From the sequence record PP534475.1: a stretch of 64,000 nucleotides of DNA. One strand, written 5' to 3'. Both the position numbers and the translations under genes were made by a program. The DNA is from Escherichia phage YJin-2024a. Of this stretch, positions 26,010 to 34,095 are shown in pieces. Below the pieces are notes generated by a model. The model did not search any database. It was not told where the DNA came from and worked only from the letters and a program-made list of their open reading frames with translations. Position 1 is the stretch's first letter. The number at the start of each line of letters is the position of its first letter.

Positions 26010-28799
26010 GTGTTCTCAATCCTACAAGGTCATGCAGGATTTCATCGCGATTTAGCCACAGGCAATTGGCGAGAAGTTAAAGCAGAAGACTATCTTTTTG
26101 CTAAAAGATTTTCCTCAAAGCATCCTGAAGGTAAACCAGCTTCAATGCCCTTCAAGTTTGATGTAATTGATGAAGTTGATCCTCAAACCCTAGTAGAAAT
26201 GCTTCCTCTTATGAGACGTTTAACGTCTGACCCTCATATCGTTGCGGTACGAGGTCGATGTCTTGCACCTAAAAATAATGTGCGGCGTAAGAAGGGCAAC
26301 TTTAATGTATCTAACCCAAGTCATATAATTGCAATGGACGTGGATGGTATTGTAGATACAGGTGGTTGCAACAAGTTTGATCTTGTTGGCATGGCTCGAC
26401 ATATTATTAGAATGTTAAATAGTATTAGTGAGGATATGTTTCCTCTTGATGCAGGGTTTATCGCTCATGCATCGTCTTCGGCTGGGCTAAAACCAGGTAT
26501 CCGAATGCACTTAATACTAGAATCTAATGTTAAAGTAACTCAGGGTCAAATCAAATTCTTATTTACATCTATCAACGAAAGTAGTAGACAAAAGTATGGC
26601 TTTGATATTGCCGACTTAGCTTATTACTCTTCCGTACAGCTCCATTATTTTGCAGATCCGTTATTTACCGATGGTATAGTAGATCCGTTTAAAGCGGAGG
26701 GTGCTTCACGTCTGGTATTTGTTAAGGGTTCTAAAGTAAATTTACCTAATAATCTGGTTGACTATGAAACAACTAGAGGTGAGTTTAAGGAGGAGTTTTA
26801 CTCTTTACTCGACCAAATTAAAGGTAAAAAAGCTGCCTCCGATAAAGTAGAGGAAACTATCAGCGAACTAGAAGAAGCTGAGGATGGGGTGTATCTACGT
26901 ATTATCCCTAAACTCTATCATAGAGCTTTGGAGGATGGTGTTGATTTTGCATGGCTAGAAAAAGAAATTCGTCCAGCCTTATCAGAATATATTGCAACTA
27001 AAGATAATAGTCGTAATATTCAAGATTACTTTAATAATGGTCGTAAACAGGCTCTGAAAGCATTTGTTAATAATTCTAAACGTGATATACCCGATGTTTT
27101 AAAAGGTATTCCACTTAAAAAGCTAGAAACTAATTCTCTAGAAACTGATAACTTCTTGAAATTAAATACTGTACCACCAGAAGGTTATATGACTTTTGTA
27201 AAAGCAAGTCTAGGTACAGGTAAAACTACAGCGGTTGTGCGTTGGTTAGATTCAGGGGTTATTAAAGGTAATTTCTTAGCAATTACCAATACTCGAGCAC
27301 TGGTATCTTCAAATGCTAAGAAATTTAGTGCAGGACAATATGATAAGTCTGTAGATATGCTTAATTTTAAGCGTGGCGCTATTGACCGTATGTCCACAAC
27401 TATTCACTCTTTGCATAAGTTCAAGAGTTTTATTGGTCAAATCGATGCAATCTTTATCGATGAATGTGATGCTGTAATGAATGACCTATTATTCGCCCCT
27501 GTTGTTAAACAACGTCGTGAATGTATTCAGGTTCTTCGGGATATTCTTGCAACTGCAAAAATCATTATATTATCTGATGGGGATATTAGTGCAGAAACAA
27601 TTGAAGCATATGGTTCTTTGATTGAGTTTGATAAACCGGTTGCATTTTATAATCATCACCGTAAAATGCTATCAAAAGCTCATGCTTATGAGTTCCCTGA
27701 TGAATCCAGTATTTGGGTTGCACTTCAGACTTCTCTAGAAATGGGTGAGAAATCTATCCTAGTATCTGACTGTGGGCCGGATGAACTGAATGAGAAGGGT
27801 ATGGCACTGCGTCGTAATACGGGTGCGTTAGTTAAGGAAATCCACTCAAACTCCACATCTGATGTGGATATTAGACGTATTCTGGATTACACAACTAATG
27901 AGCTAATTGATCAACAAATTGATTGCTTATTATGTAGTCCATCCGTAACGAGTGGTGTTGACTTCAACTATTTTGATAACGTATTCGTTATTACTAGAAC
28001 CAGCAACCAAGCGCCAAACATGCGTTTCCAAGCAATCAGGCGCGACCGTGGCGCTCAGAACATTTATTATTTTATTGATAAATCTACGAGTGGATTCTCC
28101 GCAGGTTCTGAACAATATAACATTGATGAAGGTTGGCTGGAGTTAGCACAGCAACTATACGCACGTCGCAGGGAACTGGAGTCTAGGAATTATACTAGTA
28201 CTTTACGTTATTACTTGCTTGATCAGGGTGCAACTATTGATATTTTCAGTGAAAGCTGGGGAACTATCGAAGGTGCTGGGAAGGAATATACGGAAGAGCG
28301 AATCAAAGCCATTTTGCATTCAACTCCTGATTATTGTGCTCCACGCCATGCAGATGCGTATGAAGCTAAACTACTTCTTGTTCGTTATTATCATCTTGAG
28401 TCTATTAAAGATGTAACAGTTGAGCATGTTGAACAATATATCAAGGATAAACCGAATGATAGAGCTGCATTCTTCCATAAGATGCACGAGATGTTCTGGG
28501 AAGATATTAAGAAGTGCTCAAATGTCACTATCAAACCATTCATAGAAGCTCTGAAAGGCAAGAAGAAAGATTTCTTCCTTAAAACAGGTCAGAGTGCTAA
28601 CCCAAAATATGCCAGAATGTATCTTGGTATGATGGGTATTGGCAAGGATATGAACACGGAGAATATTGTAGACTGGTACAGAACTTATTGTAAAATCGAG
28701 TGTATGCCAATCCCATATAAGTTTATGACTGATGAGGAGAAACATATGCATGATGAAGCAATGGCAGAGCTAGGTGCTAGAAATGACAGTGAAGAATAA
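26010..28799 (+). CDS. primase-polymerase-like N-terminal domain fused to P-loop helicase (origin-binding-protein-like)
   Basis: N-terminal IIAMDVDG (hhDhD-like); Walker A SLGTGKTT, Walker B IFIDECD; probable GTG start at 26010 with AGGAG RBS 7 nt upstream (track ORF begins at TTG 25932). Confidence 0.55.
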   Translation: MFSILQGHAGFHRDLATGNWREVKAEDYLFAKRFSSKHPEGKPASMPFKFDVIDEVDPQTLVEMLPLMRRLTSDPHIVAVRGRCLAPKNNVRRKKGNFNVSNPSHIIAMDVDGIVDTGGCNKFDLVGMARHIIRMLNSISEDMFPLDAGFIAHASSSAGLKPGIRMHLILESNVKVTQGQIKFLFTSINESSRQKYGFDIADLAYYSSVQLHYFADPLFTDGIVDPFKAEGASRLVFVKGSKVNLPNNLVDYETTRGEFKEEFYSLLDQIKGKKAASDKVEETISELEEAEDGVYLRIIPKLYHRALEDGVDFAWLEKEIRPALSEYIATKDNSRNIQDYFNNGRKQALKAFVNNSKRDIPDVLKGIPLKKLETNSLETDNFLKLNTVPPEGYMTFVKASLGTGKTTAVVRWLDSGVIKGNFLAITNTRALVSSNAKKFSAGQYDKSVDMLNFKRGAIDRMSTTIHSLHKFKSFIGQIDAIFIDECDAVMNDLLFAPVVKQRRECIQVLRDILATAKIIILSDGDISAETIEAYGSLIEFDKPVAFYNHHRKMLSKAHAYEFPDESSIWVALQTSLEMGEKSILVSDCGPDELNEKGMALRRNTGALVKEIHSNSTSDVDIRRILDYTTNELIDQQIDCLLCSPSVTSGVDFNYFDNVFVITRTSNQAPNMRFQAIRRDRGAQNIYYFIDKSTSGFSAGSEQYNIDEGWLELAQQLYARRRELESRNYTSTLRYYLLDQGATIDIFSESWGTIEGAGKEYTEERIKAILHSTPDYCAPRHADAYEAKLLLVRYYHLESIKDVTVEHVEQYIKDKPNDRAAFFHKMHEMFWEDIKKCSNVTIKPFIEALKGKKKDFFLKTGQSANPKYARMYLGMMGIGKDMNTENIVDWYRTYCKIECMPIPYKFMTDEEKHMHDEAMAELGARNDSEE

Positions 28800-29016
28800 A
28801 AAATGGGAAACAAGGAAGTTCCCAGTAAAAGAACGTAAAGTTCCTGTTTATGATACTTCGGAAAAGCTATGTAGGGTGGTACCGCATAGACTAGCTGGCA
28901 TCCCTAACATATCCGAGTGGTTACTTAAACAACGGAAAACAAACGTGTCTCTTCGCATCGGCTTTGAGTTAGATAAAGTCTATGCTGAACTTGCTTCTTT
29001 GCTCAAGGAATCGTAA
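28783..29016 (+). CDS. small hypothetical protein
   Basis: ORF overlapping the end of the helicase gene; start uncertain. Confidence 0.3.
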   Translation: MTVKNKKWETRKFPVKERKVPVYDTSEKLCRVVPHRLAGIPNISEWLLKQRKTNVSLRIGFELDKVYAELASLLKES

Positions 29017-29024
29017 AAATTTAT

Positions 29025-29053
29025 TTGCATAGTTCAAAAAATTTCTGTATAAT
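29025..29053 (+). promoter_or_regulatory. PN25-like T5 early promoter TTGCAT-17-TATAAT
   Basis: TTTATTTGCAT..TCTGTATAATAGATTCATAAATTTGAGAGAGGAG closely matches the classical T5 PN25 sequence as recalled. Confidence 0.75.
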
Positions 29054-29084
29054 AGATTCATAAATTTGAGAGAGGAGTTTAAAT

Positions 29085-29789
29085 ATGGCTGGTTCTCGTA
29101 GAAAGAAACATATCCATGAAATCCCGGATGAAGTCTTTAAAAAGGTTATAGAGCATCTGGAGAACGGTGGTACTAAGAAAGCAGCTTGTGAAATGCTAGG
29201 CGTATCATCCAATCCAACTATGGAAAGGATGATTGAAGAATGGCAAGATCGCCAAATTCAAGTTGCCGAAATGAAGAAAAAGAAACGCGGCACACTTATT
29301 GAAGGCATTGAGTTAGCTAACGTTATTGAGCAGTATTTATCTGGGGATTCTTTTGAAGAAATTGCCGATCGTAATTATCGCTCTGTAGCAATGGTTAAAT
29401 CTGTTCTGGAACGATATGGTGCTTTGCTTCGTTTGAACGATATTGTAGATCCATTGAATCCTCCAATTATTCCTGATGATGCTGTAGCAGAAGAATTTGC
29501 AGTTGGTGAGCTTGTTTGGGTTCCTGGATACCAGTGTATTGGTGAAATCAAAAAAGCAATGGATAATCCTGTTGGTTGCTACCGTGTATGGCTTCTATCA
29601 GAAGGCAAACAACAGAACGTTCATTATATGAATTACGAGCTGGCTTCTGTTAAACACCTGGAAAAGCTAGGGGTTGATGTAAAATCTCTAGGGTACAAGT
29701 GGACTCGTGAAGAAATTATTACGTTGATTAACGAAGCTGTTAAGGCTGCCCTGAAACTTGATAAAGAAAAAGGAAAACGCCGTGAGTAA
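29085..29789 (+). CDS. HTH-domain DNA-binding protein
   Basis: N-terminal GGTKKAACEMLGVS helix-turn-helix; Lys-rich C-terminus. Confidence 0.45.
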   Translation: MAGSRRKKHIHEIPDEVFKKVIEHLENGGTKKAACEMLGVSSNPTMERMIEEWQDRQIQVAEMKKKKRGTLIEGIELANVIEQYLSGDSFEEIADRNYRSVAMVKSVLERYGALLRLNDIVDPLNPPIIPDDAVAEEFAVGELVWVPGYQCIGEIKKAMDNPVGCYRVWLLSEGKQQNVHYMNYELASVKHLEKLGVDVKSLGYKWTREEIITLINEAVKAALKLDKEKGKRRE

Positions 29790-30012
29790 GCTAACAGATT
29801 TGCTCAAAGATGGAGATGTAAAATATCTCCAGCGGGATAGCTGGGAAAATAATAAATGCTTTACAGTAGTTTTAGAATTTAACGTAGAGCAGGGTACAGT
29901 GACCGAACATGTGTGGGAGAACGGTATGGAATCCCCACTTATCCGTCAAGTAAACCTTACCCTAGACGAGGCTCTGGCTGACGATTGGGAGATTGTTGAA
30001 CTAGATGTGTAG
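29782..30012 (+). CDS. small acidic hypothetical protein
   Basis: Probable GTG start overlapping the upstream stop (GTGAGTAA); track start is TTG 29758. Confidence 0.35.
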   Translation: MSKLTDLLKDGDVKYLQRDSWENNKCFTVVLEFNVEQGTVTEHVWENGMESPLIRQVNLTLDEALADDWEIVELDV

Positions 30013-30118
30013 CAATTACCGAAAAATTTCAGTTGCTTAATCCTATAATTCTTGATATAATATTCTCATAGTTTGAAAGAACTATTCTGTTTAATTCTTA
30101 ATTAAGGAAATATAAAAT

Positions 30119-30529
30119 ATGACTACTCCAACTCAGTGGACTGATGAACTGTTCGAAAAAATGTCTTCCGAATACGTTGCTCGTATGGAGCAATTCCCCG
30201 AGGATGAACGTCCGGGTGTTAGCATGGAAATTGTTAGCGAAATTGCCCAGGAAAATGGTGTAACTCCGAACGGTTTTCGTATGAAGCTGACTAAAGCAGG
30301 TTTGTATATCAAGAAAGCTGCTGGCTCCGCTTCTAAATCTAGCGCATCTACTGGAGAAAAAGCTTCTGGTGGTTCTCGTACCTCCAAAGCCCAGGCTCAT
30401 GCTGATCTTCGTTCAGCATTCTCTGATGCTGGCCTAGCACCAGATTTTCTGGATGATGCAATTATCGACAAACTGACCGGTAAAGCAGCCGCTCATCTGG
30501 CAGAAGCAATCCGAGCTATCACTAAGTAA
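30119..30529 (+). CDS. hypothetical protein
   Basis: 136-aa ORF behind a TATAAT promoter near 30055. Confidence 0.45.
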   Translation: MTTPTQWTDELFEKMSSEYVARMEQFPEDERPGVSMEIVSEIAQENGVTPNGFRMKLTKAGLYIKKAAGSASKSSASTGEKASGGSRTSKAQAHADLRSAFSDAGLAPDFLDDAIIDKLTGKAAAHLAEAIRAITK

Positions 30530-30565
30530 TTTTTAGATAAATCCACCAACAAAAGGAATACAGTT

Positions 30566-30862
30566 ATGACCAAAGCTGAAATTATCGCACAATGTGAAAA
30601 ATTTGGTGAGTTTTATCTTCATTACGAGAAACTTCGTCAGAAAGGAACTACGTACCTTCAGGGTACGATGGAATTTGATCCAGCCCAAGATAAATATCTG
30701 GCTGAGCGTATTAAACGTGAACGTATTCGTAAAGCGAAAGATGATGAGATCCTTGTCTTCTCTCGTACTAATGATAGCTTCCGTTTTATTCCTGTCGAGA
30801 AAGTCCGTCGTGTGACTAGCCTCCAATCAGAGTTAGATCGTGCTTCTCCAGTAGGCCGATAA
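30566..30862 (+). CDS. hypothetical protein
   Basis: 98-aa ORF followed by a terminator. Confidence 0.45.
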   Translation: MTKAEIIAQCEKFGEFYLHYEKLRQKGTTYLQGTMEFDPAQDKYLAERIKRERIRKAKDDEILVFSRTNDSFRFIPVEKVRRVTSLQSELDRASPVGR

Positions 30863-30872
30863 GAAACCAATT

Positions 30873-30894
30873 AGCCCCTATATGGGGCTTTTTG
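30873..30894 (+). terminator. intrinsic terminator
   Basis: AGCCCC-TATAT-GGGGCT followed by TTTTTG. Confidence 0.65.
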
Positions 30895-30912
30895 TGTATT
30901 TGGGATATGTAA

Positions 30913-31221
30913 ATGAGCGAACAGGTAAATCAAAACTATGAAGGACACGTTGATGACCAGTCCATCATACTTTGGGAGAAGGAGGGAGAACAAGTAAGAT
31001 TAACAGTATCTGAATTTCGTGGGAATCTATACATGGGTATTCGTTACTGGCTTCTTGATATTAATGATGAATGGTTTCCAACGAAATCTGGCTTCTCTTT
31101 TCCTTACACCCTAGAAACAACATCACAGCTTTTCTATGCGTTTACACAGATTCTTAGCGAATCTGAGGTTTTACATGAAGTACAGAAACGAGCTGAAGAA
31201 CTCAAAGCCAAGAATGCCTAG
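30913..31221 (+). CDS. PC4/YdbC-like ssDNA-binding protein
   Basis: RLTVSEFRGNLYMGIRYW...WFPTKSGFSFP matches the PC4 fold motif. Confidence 0.55.
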   Translation: MSEQVNQNYEGHVDDQSIILWEKEGEQVRLTVSEFRGNLYMGIRYWLLDINDEWFPTKSGFSFPYTLETTSQLFYAFTQILSESEVLHEVQKRAEELKAKNA

Positions 31222-31239
31222 TTCTTGGCTTTTTCTTTA
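31207..31239 (+). terminator. intrinsic terminator
   Basis: GCCAAGAA/TTCTTGGC hairpin containing the stop codon, then TTTTTCTTTAT. Confidence 0.65.
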
Positions 31240-31248
31240 TAAATGTAT

Positions 31249-31277
31249 TTGCTTTCAACTCAGTTTTGTTATATAAT
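31249..31277 (+). promoter_or_regulatory. T5-type early promoter TTGCTT-17-TATAAT
   Basis: Consensus hexamers upstream of the ligase N-terminal gene. Confidence 0.65.
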
Positions 31278-31308
31278 ATTTATATAAATTGATGAGAGAT
31301 ATAAATAA

Positions 31309-32280
31309 ATGACTAATGTAAAAGAATTTATTAAACGCTGTCAAGAAGCATATTATCAAGGCATGTCTTTAATCTCTGATGAGGAATATGATCGTCTTAT
31401 TAAAAGATTCCCACTAGAGGAAGAGATCGGGCCTAAGGGCGATATTCCACATCTATATCGTATGTATTCTTTACAGAAAGTTTATTATAATCGTGGAGAT
31501 AAGCCCCCATTTAACCCATTAGGTCAGGTAGAAACTGATAAGTTAGATGGTTGTGCGATTTCTCTGTTATATATTAATGGCGAATTTGTTCAAGCACTAA
31601 CTCGTGGTAATGGCATTCTAGGGAATGATGTCACAAGCAACGTAAGACTGCTGAACATCCCTAAAAAGATTTCCCAAAAAGTACCTACTCAAATCACTGG
31701 TGAAGTTCTAATTACAAAAGAAGTAGAAAATAAACGTAACTTTGCCTCTGGTGCTATTAACCTCAAAGATAGTGATGATTTCGTACAACGTATCGGAGAA
31801 GGTGGTTTAATCTTCGTCGCATATGGTATCCAGTGTTCTGCTGAATCTGTAGGTATTACAGAAACGTATTTAAAAGATATGCTTTGGCTAGAGAATGAGA
31901 ACTTCTTAACAGTTGTTAATGTGCGTTCCTTCTTTAAATGGATTCCGACGGATGGTAAAGTTGTTCGTATTAATGACAACAACAAATTCTTCCGAGAAGG
32001 CTGGACTAATAAATTCCCTCGTGGAGCATTCGCTATTAAAGAGGATGAAGAAGGCGAGATTACAACTCTTACTAAAGTTGAATGGCAGGTAGGGGCTTCT
32101 GGTAAAGTAACTCCAGTTGGTTATTTTGAACCGGTAATTATTGATGATGCTACAATTGTTAAAGCGACTCTTAATAACGTTGATTATATTAACTCTCTTG
32201 ATCTAGAGATCGGTTGCCAGATTCGAGTGATTCGTGCTGGTGGTGTAATCCCGTGCATAGTAGAGCGAGTATACGATTAA
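31309..32280 (+). CDS. NAD-dependent DNA ligase, N-terminal adenylation/OB part
   Basis: KxDG active-site motif ETDKLDGCAI; ends where the LigA zinc-finger region would start. Confidence 0.75.
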   Translation: MTNVKEFIKRCQEAYYQGMSLISDEEYDRLIKRFPLEEEIGPKGDIPHLYRMYSLQKVYYNRGDKPPFNPLGQVETDKLDGCAISLLYINGEFVQALTRGNGILGNDVTSNVRLLNIPKKISQKVPTQITGEVLITKEVENKRNFASGAINLKDSDDFVQRIGEGGLIFVAYGIQCSAESVGITETYLKDMLWLENENFLTVVNVRSFFKWIPTDGKVVRINDNNKFFREGWTNKFPRGAFAIKEDEEGEITTLTKVEWQVGASGKVTPVGYFEPVIIDDATIVKATLNNVDYINSLDLEIGCQIRVIRAGGVIPCIVERVYD

Positions 32281-32330
32281 TACATAACCCTTTGCTACCC
32301 ATCTACCATATCGGAATTATAAAGTGGTTA

Positions 32331-32359
32331 TTGACATTTTCGCCGCTTAGGTATATACT
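32331..32359 (+). promoter_or_regulatory. promoter TTGACA-17-TATACT inside the ligase gap
   Basis: Shares the 13-mer TTGACATTTTCGC with the promoter at 2591; only an 8-codon mini-ORF follows. Confidence 0.5.
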
Positions 32360-32423
32360 ATTATCATTCAGTTGAGGGATAGAAAGTTATGGCGAGGGTA
32401 AGCAAAGTTAGTTAAAATTGTGG

Positions 32424-32452
32424 TTGCTAAATGCTTAAATACTTGCTATAAT
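32424..32452 (+). promoter_or_regulatory. T5-type early promoter TTGCTA-17-TATAAT
   Basis: Followed by TATAAATTGATAAGGAAG leader and ATG 32483. Confidence 0.65.
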
Positions 32453-32482
32453 ATTTATATAAATTGATAAGGAAGAAATTTG

Positions 32483-33253
32483 ATGAAAATCGAAATTCCA
32501 ACACAATGTCCCTCTTGTGGTTCTAAGCTAGATCTTGTCAACGGACAATTATTCTGTCGGAATAAGTCCAACTGTCCAGCGCAATCAAGTAAGTTAATTG
32601 AGAACTTCTGTACAAAAATGAAGTTAAAGGGCTTTGGCCCAAAAACTATTGAGAAGCTGGAGCTGACGAAGATTTCAGAACTATTTTACCTAACCGAAGA
32701 AGATTTGGTTAGAGCCGTGGGTAGCAAGGTTGCCGCTAAGTTAATTAGCGAATTAAATACTAAAGTTCGCGGAGACATTGACTTTGGTTCAGTTCTCGGT
32801 TCTTTAGGAATCCCTCTAATTGGAGAGGTTGCAGCAAAGAAATTATCCCAAAATTGCACTAGCTTCCACGATGTGAAGGCTGACGGCAAGGCTGGAGAAA
32901 ATTATAAAGCCTGGCTAAATTCCCCACAAGGCAAGGATGTTATCGAACTGCCGTGGAAATTCTCAACTGGTGCTAAAGCTAAAACTGTCGTTACAGATGA
33001 ATTAGTTGCCCAGTCAAACGGAATCGCGGTATGTATTACCGGATCTTTGCAAGATTTTGCAAATAGAACGGATGCAACAAACTATTTAGAAAGTCTAGGG
33101 TATACGGTTAAGAAATCCGTTACTAAAGACGTCAAATACCTAATCTGTGAGGATGAATCAAAACGTTCTTCCTCATCTTATAAGAAAGCCGAAACGAATG
33201 GGATAGAAATCCTGTCGATTAAAGAACTATTGGAGAAAAATAATAATGTCTAA
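32483..33253 (+). CDS. NAD-dependent DNA ligase, C-terminal Zn-finger/HhH/BRCT part
   Basis: CPSCGSKLDLVNGQLFCRNKSNCPAQ is the LigA zinc-finger; start taken at ATG 32483. Confidence 0.75.
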   Translation: MKIEIPTQCPSCGSKLDLVNGQLFCRNKSNCPAQSSKLIENFCTKMKLKGFGPKTIEKLELTKISELFYLTEEDLVRAVGSKVAAKLISELNTKVRGDIDFGSVLGSLGIPLIGEVAAKKLSQNCTSFHDVKADGKAGENYKAWLNSPQGKDVIELPWKFSTGAKAKTVVTDELVAQSNGIAVCITGSLQDFANRTDATNYLESLGYTVKKSVTKDVKYLICEDESKRSSSSYKKAETNGIEILSIKELLEKNNNV

Positions 33254-34013
33254 ACTGAACTGGAACGTAGAAGGTGTAACCGAGTCTCTGAAAGCAAAAG
33301 CCACTGCTCTGGGTGTTGCTGTAATCTCTCAAGAACAAGTAGCTGCTATTGCTGCTGAACTGGCTACTGAAACTGGCAAAGATGTTACTGCTCGCTCTGT
33401 TGGCTCTAAACTGCGTAAAGAAGGTTTTGAAGTACAGAAAGCTAACGAAGTACAGAAATCCCCGTGGACTCCTGAGCAGGAAGCTGAACTGGTTGATTTC
33501 CTGAACGCTCATGCTGGTCAGTATACCTATGCTGAAATCGCTGCTGCTGTAGCTGGTGGTCAGTTCGGCGCTAAGCAGGTACAGGGTAAGATTCTGAGCC
33601 TGGAAATGACCGCTTCTGTTAAGCCAACTGAAAAAGCTGCTGCTGTTCGTTCCTTCACTCCGGATGAAGAAACTGATTTTGTTAATCAGGTTGTTGCTGG
33701 TGCTACTATTGAAGCTATCGCTGCTCACTTCGGTCGTAATATCAAGCAGATCCGTGGTAAAGCTCTGAGCCTGCTTCGTGAAGGTCGTATCGCTGCTATG
33801 CCGGTACAGGAAACTTCAAGTGCTAAAACTCGTGAAGATCTGTTAGAAGGTCTGGATCTGGTTAACATGACTGTTGCTGAGATCGCTGAGAAAACTGGTA
33901 AGTCTGAGCGCGGTGTTAAATCTATGCTGTCTCGTCGTGGTCTGGTTGCTAAGGACTATGATGGTGCCGCTAAGCGTGCTAAACTGGATGCAAAAGCTGC
34001 GGCTGCTGAATAA
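33246..34013 (+). CDS. abundant DNA-binding protein with three HTH-like repeats
   Basis: Three similar segments (YAEIAAAV..AKQVQGKILSLE / IEAIAAHFGRNIKQIRGKALSL / VAEIAEKTGKSERGVKSML); codon usage of a highly expressed gene. Confidence 0.45.
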   Translation: MSKLNWNVEGVTESLKAKATALGVAVISQEQVAAIAAELATETGKDVTARSVGSKLRKEGFEVQKANEVQKSPWTPEQEAELVDFLNAHAGQYTYAEIAAAVAGGQFGAKQVQGKILSLEMTASVKPTEKAAAVRSFTPDEETDFVNQVVAGATIEAIAAHFGRNIKQIRGKALSLLREGRIAAMPVQETSSAKTREDLLEGLDLVNMTVAEIAEKTGKSERGVKSMLSRRGLVAKDYDGAAKRAKLDAKAAAAE

Positions 34014-34030
34014 TCTGGTAAATTAAACCT

Positions 34031-34065
34031 AAGGGGAGGGGGCTATGCTCCTTCCCCTTTTTGCA
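34031..34065 (+). terminator. intrinsic terminator
   Basis: AAGGGGAGGGG...CTCCTTCCCCTT hairpin followed by TTTTGCATTT. Confidence 0.7.
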
Positions 34066-34095
34066 TTTAGAAGGCACGAAAGCGTGCAAAGGAGA

